Assembly: GCA_050951545.1 (NCBI GenBank)
Contig: JBMNJG010000005.1
Coordinates: forward strand, 326,483 to 390,482
DNA: 64,000 nt
Source: Limnochordia bacterium
Lineage (GTDB): Bacteria > Bacillota > Limnochordia > DTU080
Direction: 5' to 3'
The notes beneath the pieces are model-generated. The model worked only from the letters and a program-made list of their open reading frames with translations. It had not been told where the DNA came from and did no database searches. The position numbers were made by a program, and so were the translations under genes. Of the stretch, positions 9,138 through 19,454 are shown piece by piece; the stretch's first letter is position 1; every line of letters begins with the position of its first letter.

Positions 9138-10079
9138 CTAGCTCGGGGCCAGCTCAGGCCACACTCTGGCCAGTTCTGCCGCTGTGACATAACCGCAACC
9201 GATTTCTGATAGGGCGTCCAGGAGCACCCCAAGCTGCGTGACGGCGGTCTCGCCGCAGCCTTCCACAATGAACGGATCGGGGATCACGCTTCCTTCTCCG
9301 TAGTGAATAGGGCCTTGAGGCATGGGCGCAAACTCCCACGGGTGCATGTAGAAACAGAGAACGAGAGGTACTCCCGCTGGTAGCCTAGCGTCTGCATAGG
9401 CAATGAAGCGCTTCACGCTTTGCATCAGTGCATGAGCGCCCTGTGTCCGAAACACTGGCCACTGGTCAGCGTCCCGCCCATAGACATCCTTCTTGGGCTG
9501 ACTAATGTCCGCGAAGTTGGGAACTTCCAGAACGGGTAGATCACCCTCGCGGGTCCAATCATCGGCAGCCGGGTAATACGGAGCCAGACGCTCACGGTAG
9601 TAGTACAAAGGATAGGAAGCATCAGCTATATACCCTAGTTCAGCCAGGGCCCGCAGCACAGCAGAGCTGCCCCACAGCCGCGGACTGCGAAACGATAGCA
9701 CCTTGCTGCCACATGCATCCTCTACCAGCTCGGTGGCTCGCCGGATGCGCAGAGGCACCTCTTCGGGCAGGAGCGGGTACACTCCTGGTATAGGAAAAAG
9801 CGGATCGCCCACGGTCTCATGGTAGAGCGAGTGGCAGCCCACCTCATGACCTGCCTGAAGCACAGAGCGTACGACCTCGGGGTGGGCACGAGCGGCATCC
9901 CCTACGAAAAAGAACGTGCCAGTAGCATTCTTTTTCTGCAGCAGCTCTAGAATACGTGGCGTGCCCTCCGTCAATCCCGTGTAGAAGGGCGTCCAACTGC
10001 CGACATCCGTCTCCATGTCAAAGCCTAAGAGCACGAGCAGCTGTCGCTGAGCTGGCCTGAGCTCTTCATCGGTTGGCAT
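9138..10079 (-). CDS. Polysaccharide deacetylase family protein (CE4-like)
   Basis: LGFDME, GTFFFVG, GHEVGCHSLYH, FRSP and FYMHPWE motifs. Confidence 0.85.
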   Translation of the reverse strand: MPTDEELRPAQRQLLVLLGFDMETDVGSWTPFYTGLTEGTPRILELLQKKNATGTFFFVGDAARAHPEVVRSVLQAGHEVGCHSLYHETVGDPLFPIPGVYPLLPEEVPLRIRRATELVEDACGSKVLSFRSPRLWGSSAVLRALAELGYIADASYPLYYYRERLAPYYPAADDWTREGDLPVLEVPNFADISQPKKDVYGRDADQWPVFRTQGAHALMQSVKRFIAYADARLPAGVPLVLCFYMHPWEFAPMPQGPIHYGEGSVIPDPFIVEGCGETAVTQLGVLLDALSEIGCGYVTAAELARVWPELAPS

Positions 10080-10106
10080 CAAGATGACCCCTTTCTGCGC
10101 TAAGAC

Positions 10107-11273
10107 CTATACTCCAATCTCATGGATCTGCATATGACGACTGGAGAAAGGCTCCACGCCCGAAGCCGTGATGCGCACACCGTTTTCCCAACGCAACCCG
10201 AAGTCATCGCCCTGCAGGAATGTATCGACCTGGAAGGTCATGTTTTCCTCCAGCAAGTACTCCGAGGTGGTCTCAATCCAAGGACGCTCGACCTCCATCA
10301 TGCCCAGGCCGTGGCAGGGCCCGTACAAGAGGTTGTCGGAAACGCCAAGCTGCTCCATGAACGCATAAAAACGTGTGGCTACCTCTTTCGCTGGCACGCC
10401 AGCCCGCATCCACTGCATCGTCTGGCGATGCCCCTCTAGGCCAGCCTCCATCAGACGCCGAGCCTCTGCTGATACCTTCCCCACGGCGACCGGGCAACCT
10501 ACGCTTGATGAATAACCCCCGACTCGGGCGCCAATGTTCAGCTGCAGAAGCTCACCAGCTTGAATACGCCGTGCCGAAGGCCTAGATATCGCGTGACGGG
10601 AGTTGGGGCCCGACAGCACATACAGGGGATGGCCCTCGTACTCGGCACCACGAGCGTAAATGGCCTTCTGGGCAACACCGACAATCTCTAGTTCGCTCAT
10701 GCCTGGACGAATGACCTCGAGTACCTCATCCAGGGCTTCCTCACTAATCGTAAAGGCCTTCTGCAGCAAGGTTATCTCAGCGGGACTCTTCTTACTGCGT
10801 AGGCTAAACAGAATGTCATCTGCCTTTTCCAGTTTCACTGCAGGCAGCGTCCTCCGCAAAGCATCGTAGACGGGAAGGGCCAGCAAAGCATAACCAGCGA
10901 TACCCAGACGACGCAAGGGACGATTCCCAAGGGCTTCTGCGAAGACCTCAGGGAAGCTGGAAACAGCCACACCCGGGTAGTCCGGTTCTGCAGATTCTCG
11001 GTACTCAATCATCTTGCGGATGCGCTTGATCTTGCTTCTGTCTGCTGCGAAAGCCTCGCTTTCGGGGCCTATGAGAAGAGTGGGCTCTCCTTCCGCGGGG
11101 ACCAACACGCCAGCGGTCTCAAACAACGGCCAGTAATCGCTTAGGTACCTAACATTGGCGAAGTCGGCTTCGTGGGAGTGAACCAGTAGAGCGTCTAGTC
11201 CTTTCTGCTGCACCTGCTTTTGTACTCGGGCAGTTCTCTCTGCAAACTCGGACGCTGGCAACTGCAAATTCAC
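10107..11273 (-). CDS. M24-family Xaa-Pro peptidase-like protein
   Basis: Creatinase-type N-domain (NVRYLSDY), RSKKSPAEI, HGLGMMEVE, GLRWENGVRIT; some usual metal ligands look substituted (LNIG, YSSS, QVD). Confidence 0.8.
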   Translation of the reverse strand: MNLQLPASEFAERTARVQKQVQQKGLDALLVHSHEADFANVRYLSDYWPLFETAGVLVPAEGEPTLLIGPESEAFAADRSKIKRIRKMIEYRESAEPDYPGVAVSSFPEVFAEALGNRPLRRLGIAGYALLALPVYDALRRTLPAVKLEKADDILFSLRSKKSPAEITLLQKAFTISEEALDEVLEVIRPGMSELEIVGVAQKAIYARGAEYEGHPLYVLSGPNSRHAISRPSARRIQAGELLQLNIGARVGGYSSSVGCPVAVGKVSAEARRLMEAGLEGHRQTMQWMRAGVPAKEVATRFYAFMEQLGVSDNLLYGPCHGLGMMEVERPWIETTSEYLLEENMTFQVDTFLQGDDFGLRWENGVRITASGVEPFSSRHMQIHEIGV

Positions 11274-11304
11274 TTCAGATCAACTCCTCTTCGGGTAATC
11301 TCGT

Positions 11305-13518
11305 CTAGGCAACCGACGTCTCTAGCAGGTCGTCTACCTTCCCACCGAGTTCTTGGAGCTGTCCGATGCTCTCTTCAATCTCCTCCGCCGTAAAGAAGTA
11401 GTCTTCCGCCTCCGAATGATAGCCCAAGCGGGCGTCGGCTCGTACGAGGGGCACGTAGGCCCGACGATTCTCGATCTCATCACTAATGGCCTGACGCATC
11501 GTCTGCAGGTAGCCACGCTTGACATCAGATCCTACGTCGTCAGAAGACTCCTCATAGGCATCACGAGCCAGGGCAAAGCGTAGAAAGTGAACGGTCGAGT
11601 GCATGTGGTGAGCAAAGGCCTGGGCGATGATCATTTCGCGTTCGGCTAGTGAGGGCGGACCTTCATCAGGCACCGATGAAGCAGCCAGCGCCTGCCGTAG
11701 CCAGCGCAAACCCTCGTCCCAGCGCACGGCGACCTCTTCATAGCACTTGAGAACCAGCTCAGCGCCGAAGGGCCGGGTCCAATTGTCGACGATATCGCCC
11801 AGGGGCCGCACGCGACAACATATGGGCATGGGAATGCCCTTTTTGGGGAAGTTCCACGGCAAGACAGGGGCTCGGTTCGCTGGTGTGTAGTAGAGCACGT
11901 TGTTGCTAAAAGGATACGGATCGAAGGCATTACCGAAGTGACGCCAGGCCTCTAGGGCGGCATCCTTCCCAGCCGACCCGAAAATGCGACTCGCCACTTT
12001 CGAGAGAAGCTCCTCCACAGGTGGATGCGGCTCCCAGGTAAGCTCACGTTCAACTTCCAGCATGAAATTGGGATAGTTGCCGAAGATCCAGCAGCCCATA
12101 GCGCCTTCTGTACCCTCGCCACGCAGACCACGCCACTTGTCGGCGATGCGCCAGGGGATCGGGTAGTGAGGAACGGTGGCCAACTCGTGCGTCGTGCACC
12201 ACTGCATCTTGGCAAACGCAGGCAGACCACTTGAACGGGCAGCTTGTGCCTGTGCTGAGTAGCGTGGCGACGGACCCACATACTTCATGCTGTACTCGTC
12301 GATGGGGTATGTTTTCCCGTCGAGCTCAAACGATCCGCCCCGCTCAAAGTCGCTCATGATGGCCACGTTGCTCAGCTTCGCCAACAGCTCCAACTGAGGA
12401 CTTGGAGCCAGCGCCGCCCAGCTCCACGTCCAGATCACCACTTTGGCTTGCGGGCTAACACGATGCACAGCGCCTTCCACCGTGGCGATCAACTCGGCTA
12501 CGACATCAACAGGCGAACGTTCTTTGCAGCGAGGGCAGTCGATGTTAGCGCCGTGCGAGTAGCAGTGACTGTGATTCTCGCTGGCGGTAATCAGTATAAC
12601 GCCTCCGAGTCCCGGTGCCAGGCGAAACAGATTGGAGTAGGCCTCGTCGATATAACGGCGAGTCTCAGGTGCACTCGTGCAAAGCGAGTTGACCTGATCA
12701 GCCACATCCATGCCGTTGCCCTTCGCTGAGCGCCCTCGCAGCTCCGGATGCCGCTCCCAGAAGGAGTCGTCTGCCGCTAACGCCTTGGGTTCACAGAAGT
12801 AAATGAACACCTCGATGCCATAGCGAGCGGCCCGACCAATCAGATCGTTCAGTTTCCGCAGGCGACCCTCAGCCTCTTGGCCGAATTCGGGAAAGACAGT
12901 GGAAGGAACCAAGTCCTGCAAGTAGCCATGGATCCACACACCGTTGATACCCAAACGAGACAACGTCTCCAGATAGCCGTTCGGGTAGAAATCCTCATCT
13001 AATGTCAACTCATCGGTATAGTAAGTGCTCCAGAACGATCGCAAAATGCGCGTCTTAAGAAAGGGACTGCGGGCAATGCTTCCTGGCATCAACCAAGGGC
13101 CTCCCGCATCGACCATCATAGTCTCGAGAGCGTAGACACCCTGCAGAACACCACGAGGACTCGCCGAGGTCAGAGTGATCTCACTCTCTTTGATTGACAG
13201 CTGGTATGCCTCATCGAGATCATCCCCGGCCGCAGACAGACGAATCTGTCCTTTGTCAGCAGCGGAGGCATCACGGCTCAGGATGACGCCAAGCTCTGCC
13301 AGGAATCGAGTCAACTCATCAGCAGCGGTCTCGAGTGCCGCACCGGAACCTTCAATCTCCAAGTGCCAACGGCCATCAAGAACAACAGCGCCCTTCTTTG
13401 CTGGGCGCGGAGCAGTAATGACCGGGCGCATTGGCTGGGCAAGTCTCGTCTTGAACGACCACGGTCCCTCAGCGGGCCACGTCGTTCTTGGAAACATGAT
13501 ATCAGACATCGTGCGCAT
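11305..13518 (-). CDS. Hypothetical glycoside hydrolase-like protein (GH20-domain-2 N-terminus plus TIM barrel)
   Basis: EAYQLSI..GVLQGVYALE module, GINGVWI, SLCTS, Cys motif HCY..CPRC. Confidence 0.65.
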   Translation of the reverse strand: MRTMSDIMFPRTTWPAEGPWSFKTRLAQPMRPVITAPRPAKKGAVVLDGRWHLEIEGSGAALETAADELTRFLAELGVILSRDASAADKGQIRLSAAGDDLDEAYQLSIKESEITLTSASPRGVLQGVYALETMMVDAGGPWLMPGSIARSPFLKTRILRSFWSTYYTDELTLDEDFYPNGYLETLSRLGINGVWIHGYLQDLVPSTVFPEFGQEAEGRLRKLNDLIGRAARYGIEVFIYFCEPKALAADDSFWERHPELRGRSAKGNGMDVADQVNSLCTSAPETRRYIDEAYSNLFRLAPGLGGVILITASENHSHCYSHGANIDCPRCKERSPVDVVAELIATVEGAVHRVSPQAKVVIWTWSWAALAPSPQLELLAKLSNVAIMSDFERGGSFELDGKTYPIDEYSMKYVGPSPRYSAQAQAARSSGLPAFAKMQWCTTHELATVPHYPIPWRIADKWRGLRGEGTEGAMGCWIFGNYPNFMLEVERELTWEPHPPVEELLSKVASRIFGSAGKDAALEAWRHFGNAFDPYPFSNNVLYYTPANRAPVLPWNFPKKGIPMPICCRVRPLGDIVDNWTRPFGAELVLKCYEEVAVRWDEGLRWLRQALAASSVPDEGPPSLAEREMIIAQAFAHHMHSTVHFLRFALARDAYEESSDDVGSDVKRGYLQTMRQAISDEIENRRAYVPLVRADARLGYHSEAEDYFFTAEEIEESIGQLQELGGKVDDLLETSVA

Positions 13519-13686
13519 ACCCCCTCTGGTAAAGGCTTACTGATTTCCTGCCACCTCTAGCCCTTATTGCAGAAAAACACACGATTCACTTCTAGTACTT
13601 GAGTGTAGCCCGTGGACAATCCTCCCTACATCGTGTGCATATCGAGGTTAACGCGCAGATGCTGTAGACCGAGGGGGCACATAAGT

Positions 13687-13724
13687 GCAGCAGGGACCGA
13701 GCCACGAAGTCCGGTCCCTGCTGC
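13687..13724 (-). terminator. Terminator-like hairpin
   Basis: GCAGCAGGGACCG/CGGTCCCTGCTGC 13-bp stem downstream of lipoprotein C. Confidence 0.65.
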
Positions 13725-13754
13725 CAAGCGAACACGAAGCCCTAGCTGTGGCGC

Positions 13755-14251
13755 CTAGAAATCCAGAGGCTCCTGCACCAGGTTCAGAAACTCAAGTTTG
13801 GTGACCTTCCACTTCTTATCGATACTGCGCAGGGTGACCCTGAGGGGTGATCTGCGCTCCATTCTCGACCCCCTTGAGCATTCCTTGTCCCAGCAATCCA
13901 ATTGGACATCCTTGTAGGCACCGCTGGCCGTAGCTGTCCCGCCGTCCACCTTGATGTCGCGCGCGGTCAACTGCGCGGCCGGGTGTTCCCAAACGCCAAA
14001 GTAGTAAAAGCCCTCAAAGAAATCTTCCCTATTTGCATACGTCGCATCCCATCCTCGCGTGCGACCTCCGCAACCACATCCTGGACTATGACGGTGTTCA
14101 GATACGTGACATCGCCCTTAACAATCGCCTGCATTACCTCATTCAGGACCGTGTTGATGGCCTCTGTCTCATCAACCCGCCGACTGAGACATCCAGTGGC
14201 AATCAGAGCCAGTCCGAGCAACGCCACCAAAAACAGTTTTTTCTTCATCAC
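13755..14251 (-). pseudogene. Lipoprotein paralog C, one frameshift near 14045-14055
   Basis: MKKKLFLVALLGLALIATGC..VLNEVMQAIVKGDV in one frame; YANREDFFEGFYYFGVWEHPAAQLTARDIKV..KKWKVTKLEF in another. Confidence 0.75.
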
Positions 14252-14514
14252 GTAATCCTCCCCGGTGTTGCGCGAATGCGGTACCTGTACCTATCACCTC
14301 TGTAGATACATTGATGGTACCCGAGGCCTCCATCTTCCTATCTGGAATGGTGGTAAATTCCATGCCTACCCAGGAACTTCCTGCGGGCAAAGCAACGTTT
14401 TCCGAAATCTTCCTGCCCTATCATGGAAGCCCGAGGAAAAACACAAAGCCCGGACGCCATCCGGACTCTGTGACTTGCTCTATCGCTAGGTAGGGAAATG
14501 GTCTGGCTGCTCTA

Positions 14515-14919
14515 CTAGGCGTCTTTGGGCCGTCGCATCTCGGCAAAGCGCAGCACGACGTGGGCCACTAGAGCAAAGATGAAGAAAACAAGAAGCATCG
14601 AGGAAATGCCCCGTAGGGTCTCGATCACCGTGCGGTAGATCTCGACAAACCAGCGTTCGGACGTTAGCTCTACAACCCGGGCGCTTTGATCCCAACTCGG
14701 AGGCGTGATATACCTATCAAGCTGTGTAATGCGTACACCAGACGAGATACCTACAACCACCATGGCAAACCTCAGGTACTGCGCCCACGCGGAGCTACTC
14801 TCGTCAGCAATGATCCGGGCGAGAACACGGTCGATAGGCTTGACAAAGTAGCGGGCTACGCCATAGGAGACACCTGTCGCCAGGACAAACGAGACCACGA
14901 GCAGTGTAATGAACATCAC
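14515..14919 (-). CDS. Small membrane protein, hypothetical
   Basis: Three hydrophobic segments; AAGGAG SD; 134 aa. Confidence 0.75.
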   Translation of the reverse strand: MMFITLLVVSFVLATGVSYGVARYFVKPIDRVLARIIADESSSAWAQYLRFAMVVVGISSGVRITQLDRYITPPSWDQSARVVELTSERWFVEIYRTVIETLRGISSMLLVFFIFALVAHVVLRFAEMRRPKDA

Positions 14920-15062
14920 GCCACTCCTTCCTGCATCACAGGCTGTTCAGGCGAGGATTCCTCTTCAACAGCCCCTCGTGAATTCCTATGCGCAGCCAGG
15001 AAAAGGGATGCTCGCTCCGTCGACGAAGGCTTGACACGCACATCCTGGAAAGGAGTCTTTCC

Positions 15063-15797
15063 ATGTCCGCACGGCAACTGCATCTGATGGTTGTAGGCGC
15101 TCATGCCTTTGATGCCGAGGTAATGGCTGGCCACCTGATCGCCAAATACACCCGCGCCGGACACAAGGCAACGATTGTCCACCTCACCATGGGAGAAAAG
15201 GGGCACAAGATCCTTGCACCGGAGGAGTACGCCGCCCAGAAGAAAGAAGAGGCGAAGGCGGCTGCCAAGGTGCTTGGCGCCGATGTGCGATTTCTGCCCT
15301 ACAAAGATGCCGAACTGCCCGCCGATGACGATGTGAAATACGCGCTATGCGACATCATCCGTGAGACCAAGCCCAACATCATCATCACCCACTGGAAAGG
15401 CAGCATCCATAAAGACCACATCAACACCCATCTCATTGTCGAAGATGCTCGCTTCTATGCCGCTCTCCCCGCTATCCAACGTGCCCTGCCCGCGCACGGC
15501 GCTTGGGGCCTGTTCTATGCTGAGAACTGGGAAGACCCCGAGGGTTTTGAGATTGATACTTACGTGGATATTACCGATGTCTTTGATCAGTGGGTTGAGG
15601 CTTGCCACCAGTATGCGCTGGGCAGGGGTGAAGTCTCGAGTTTTCGCTATATGGATTACTACCAGGCCCTCGCCACTATGCGTGGCTGCTTGGCCGGGTA
15701 CAGCCGCGCAGCAGCGCTCATGCGACCCAGGGGAGCCCATGTGCGCAAGGGCCAAGCTCTGCCAGGCTACGAATTGGAGCAGCTACGAGGAGACTAG
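15063..15797 (+). CDS. PIG-L/LmbE family N-acetyl-sugar deacetylase
   Basis: VGAHAFDAE, LTMGEKG, ITHW..HKDH motifs; AAAGGAG SD before ATG 15063. Confidence 0.85.
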   Translation: MSARQLHLMVVGAHAFDAEVMAGHLIAKYTRAGHKATIVHLTMGEKGHKILAPEEYAAQKKEEAKAAAKVLGADVRFLPYKDAELPADDDVKYALCDIIRETKPNIIITHWKGSIHKDHINTHLIVEDARFYAALPAIQRALPAHGAWGLFYAENWEDPEGFEIDTYVDITDVFDQWVEACHQYALGRGEVSSFRYMDYYQALATMRGCLAGYSRAAALMRPRGAHVRKGQALPGYELEQLRGD

Positions 15798-15952
15798 CAG
15801 TTGTGATTCATTTCGCCACGCTGTAGATGATGGTGCCGAAGCCGCTGAGATCCTTGCCAGTTGGGGGCCTGCACGGCAGGCGTTTCAGACAAGATGCCAC
15901 GAAGCCTTGCTGTACCATAGCTAACGTCTACAGATAACGGGGAGGTCAGCGT

Positions 15953-16943
15953 ATGGAGGCGACCAGCATCCGCATTCGCGGGTACCAAGGAGGAGACGAA
16001 AAATCACTGATCGCTTGTTGGAACGCCAGTCTACCCTACGATACTATCAACGAGCAGGTCTTCGTGCGCAAAGTGTTGTGCGACAGCAACTTCGACCCTG
16101 AGGGGCTGGTCGTAGCTGAGGGGCCACACACAGAGATCGTGGGGTTTGTACTGGCCTTGGTGCGCCGCACCCCGCTCTTCGGCAGTGACCTGGAGCCATC
16201 TGATGGCTGGATCACCGCCTTTGCCGTCAGCCCTGCCTGGCGCCGCCAAGGCATCGGTCGGGCCCTGTTTGCTGCTGCCGATAGGTTCTTGCGTGCACGC
16301 GGCCGCAAGTGCGTGTCGTTCGCTCCGTATGCGCCCCATTACTTTGTTCCCGGTATTGACGCGCAGCATTACCCAGAAGGTGCGGCCCTCTTGTCAGCCA
16401 TGGGTTTTGGCAACCTCTACCCGTGTGTATCGATGGACATCAGCCTCCCACTGTTTGTGATACCCACTGACGTGCAGGCCACTGTGTGGCAACGGCAACA
16501 GGAGGGCTATCGTTTTGAGCCGCTTTCCCTTCCCTACGTCCTAAAGACCATCGACTTGGCTCACAGCCACTTCCACGCAGATTGGGGCCGCTGCCGTGCG
16601 CGAGGCCTTGGCAGCTGGTGTCCCCCATGATCGTTTCTTGATCGCCATTGGCCCCTACGACGAGGTAGTCGGCTTCTGCATGTGGGGCGCTTACGATCAT
16701 GCGCCCGACCGTTTCGGTCCCTTCGGTGTGCTGGAGAAAGAGCGCGGAAAGGGCCTGGGCAAAATCCTGCTCTATCTCGGGCTCGAGGCCATGCGTACCA
16801 TGGGGGTGCATGATGCCTGGTGTCTGTGGACGGGCGAAAACGGCCCTGCGGGTCGCTTGTACAAACGCGCTGGATTCACGGTCACTCGACGATTCACGGT
16901 GATGAAAAAGCAGCTGACTCACATGGAAGGTGAGATGGCATGA
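15953..16943 (+). CDS. Tandem-GNAT acetyltransferase, frameshifted (+1) near 16590
   Basis: First GNAT (VSPAWRRQGIGRAL) in 15953-16630, second (GPFGVLEKERGKGLG..LYKRAGF) in 16596-16943; removing one base gives DWGRAVREAL. Confidence 0.8.
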
Positions 16944-18043
16944 GAACCCTAGTTACAGGTGATCCGGAAAAGGCGGGCCTCGACCCTAATCAACTGAACT
17001 ATGCCTATCAGACGGTAGAGCGCTGGAGCGAGGCACGCAAGATACCAGGCGCTGTGCTTGCCATTGGGCGTCACGGGATTCTCGTTGGACCAAGAGCCAT
17101 CGGGCTAGCCAGCCTAGAACCCGAGGAAAAACCCTTGCGCCCTGACGCCCTCTATGACTTGGCCTCAGTCACCAAAGTCGTGGCCACAACCACCTGCGCC
17201 CTGATGCTCATTGAGCACGGTGCCATGCGTCTCGACGATCCTGTGTCATTCTTCTTGCCAGAGTTCAAGCACGAAACCGTAGCCATTCGTCATCTGCTCA
17301 CACACAGCTCAGGTCTGCCTGCATGGCGCCCTCTTTATCAGAGCAATGCGACGCCCCAGGAGATGATCAGTACCCTCATGCAGCTGCCTTTGGAGTACGA
17401 AACAGGTCAGCGCGTCGTCTACAGCTGTCTGGGCTATATACTGCTGGCACAGGTGATTGAGCACGTCAGTGCTACACCTCTAGATGAACTGGCTCGGACC
17501 GAGGTCTTCGCTCCACTGGGGATGCTCGATACCATGTATCGGCCTGATGCCCAGCGTCGCCAGCGCGCTGTACCCACAGAGAGGGACTCTCGTACGGGGC
17601 AGTTCAAACAAGGCGTAGTACATGACGAAAATGCCTTTGGGCTCGGCGGGGTTAGCGGCAATGCCGGTCTTTTTAGCACAGCTGCAGACACAGCGATTTT
17701 CTGCCAGATGCTACTCAACAAAGGCTGCTACGGCGCCACCCGTATTCTGTCCCCCGCTATGGTAGGCTTAGCTACTGCTAATCACACAGGGCATCTGAAT
17801 GACTCCCGCGGTCTGGGTTGGGTGATCAAGGGCCATCACCGTTGGTCCTCTGCTGGCGACCTGTTCTCCCCGTCCTCTTTTGGGCACACGGGTTTTACGG
17901 GTACATCCCTGTGGATCGATCCCGTATGCGACCTATTCCTGGTACTGCTGACGAACGGCGTACACCCCGCAAGAGAGGCAGCACAACACATCCGCTTACG
18001 CCCCCTTGTGGCCAACGCCGTGGCTTCGGCGATCGTTCAGTAG
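16940..18043 (+). CDS. Beta-lactamase-fold serine hydrolase
   Basis: SVTK (SxxK), LLTHSSG, YSC, GVVHDENA and GHTGFTG. Confidence 0.9.
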   Translation: MRTLVTGDPEKAGLDPNQLNYAYQTVERWSEARKIPGAVLAIGRHGILVGPRAIGLASLEPEEKPLRPDALYDLASVTKVVATTTCALMLIEHGAMRLDDPVSFFLPEFKHETVAIRHLLTHSSGLPAWRPLYQSNATPQEMISTLMQLPLEYETGQRVVYSCLGYILLAQVIEHVSATPLDELARTEVFAPLGMLDTMYRPDAQRRQRAVPTERDSRTGQFKQGVVHDENAFGLGGVSGNAGLFSTAADTAIFCQMLLNKGCYGATRILSPAMVGLATANHTGHLNDSRGLGWVIKGHHRWSSAGDLFSPSSFGHTGFTGTSLWIDPVCDLFLVLLTNGVHPAREAAQHIRLRPLVANAVASAIVQ

Positions 18044-18079
18044 CTGAAACGACGTTTTGGAAAGGAAAGGGGCCTCACA

Positions 18080-19423
18080 ATGACCGTTCTTCATGCTGGT
18101 GCAGCCGAAGTAGATATCACACCTGCACTGGGAACCTATTTGGCCGGATCGTTTACTGAACGCCAAGCGCACGACGTCTCCGATCCCCTGCGAGCGAAAG
18201 CACTCGTAATAGATGATGGCCGTAGGCAGGTGGCCTTGGTCGTGCTCGATCTCATCGGTTTGGCCAGCTCGGACGTGCAGGAAATACGCAAGCTGGTGCA
18301 CACATCCATTGGCATGCCGCCTGAGCACGTGTTGGTGGCCTGCACACACACCCACACTGGCCCGATCACGCGTCCCTGGCACGCCAAACGAGATGAGGAG
18401 TATTTTGCCTGGCTAGCCAGACGCGTCTCAGATTGTGTACGGCTGGCCCACAAGCGTCTCCGTCCGGCGCGGCTGGCCTGGGGACAGGGTGAGGTCCACG
18501 GCATCAGTTTCTGTCGGCGCTATCGTATGCGCGATGGCACGGTACGCATGAACCCCGGAAGGGGAAATCCGGACATTGTTGAACCCACGAGTCCCGTCGA
18601 TCCGGCTGTAGGTGTTCTTCTTGTGGAAAATGACGAGGGAACACCTATGGCAGTAGTGACCCAGTTTAGCCTGCACTATGTGGGCACCGACGATTCGCTG
18701 GCGATCTCTGCCGACTACTACGGGCATTTCGATCGGTTCATGCGACGCATACTGGGTCCCTCTTGCCTGCCTATGCTCTTCAACGGTACCTCTGGGCAAA
18801 TAAACAACGTGGATGTCTTCGCCACGCATCGTGAATCCGGGCATCGCCAGGCCCGTCGCGTCGCTAGCATCCTCGGCGGAGAAGTGCTCAAGGTCTTGGG
18901 CACGCTCAAAACCAGAGATGACATTTCCGTGGCGGCAAGCAGCCAACCGATAGAACTACCCCGGCAGAACGTCACCTCGGAAGATCTCGAAATCGCCAGA
19001 GCCATCTTGGCAGGCCATGACCCGCATCCCGAAAGCGGTCCCTTTAGCTTTGTGGTGGGCCAGCCGATCCCTGCAGTGCGCCGAGCACACTATGCCCGGC
19101 AATGCCTGCGCCTCAACGAGCTACCTGCCCACCTCGTAAGCGAGGTGCAGGTACTGCGCATAGGCGAGTCTGCTTGGGTGGGACTCCCCGGTGAGATCTT
19201 TGTTGAAATCGGGCTGGCGATCAAGAAAACCTCACTCTGCCCGGATACCTTCGTCATCGGTCTGGCCAACGACAACCTTGGTTACGTCCCCACGGACTAT
19301 GCCTTTCTTCACGAAGGTGGATATGAGACTTGGGCTGGCGGCTGGAGGCCTGTCGGCCCAGGTACAGAGGGCATTCTCGTGACTACCGCGCACAGCCTGT
19401 TGCGCGGCCTTTGTACCAGGTAA
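18080..19423 (+). CDS. Neutral/alkaline ceramidase-like amidohydrolase (paralog of 2161-3504)
   Basis: Shares CTHTHTGP, MNPGRGNPD, SLHYVGTD, NGTSGQINNVDV, WVGLPGEIF and HEGGYET. Confidence 0.8.
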   Translation: MTVLHAGAAEVDITPALGTYLAGSFTERQAHDVSDPLRAKALVIDDGRRQVALVVLDLIGLASSDVQEIRKLVHTSIGMPPEHVLVACTHTHTGPITRPWHAKRDEEYFAWLARRVSDCVRLAHKRLRPARLAWGQGEVHGISFCRRYRMRDGTVRMNPGRGNPDIVEPTSPVDPAVGVLLVENDEGTPMAVVTQFSLHYVGTDDSLAISADYYGHFDRFMRRILGPSCLPMLFNGTSGQINNVDVFATHRESGHRQARRVASILGGEVLKVLGTLKTRDDISVAASSQPIELPRQNVTSEDLEIARAILAGHDPHPESGPFSFVVGQPIPAVRRAHYARQCLRLNELPAHLVSEVQVLRIGESAWVGLPGEIFVEIGLAIKKTSLCPDTFVIGLANDNLGYVPTDYAFLHEGGYETWAGGWRPVGPGTEGILVTTAHSLLRGLCTR

Positions 19424-19428
19424 TGCAA

Positions 19429-19453
19429 GAGGCGCCCCACACACGGGCGCCTC
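19429..19453. terminator. Hairpin between convergent genes
   Basis: GAGGCGCCC/GGGCGCCTC stem. Confidence 0.55.
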
Positions 19454-19454
19454 A

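Noticed and set aside
16940-18043. Class C beta-lactamase resistance gene
   Set aside because: No signal peptide, YSC rather than YxN, and a metabolic gene context.
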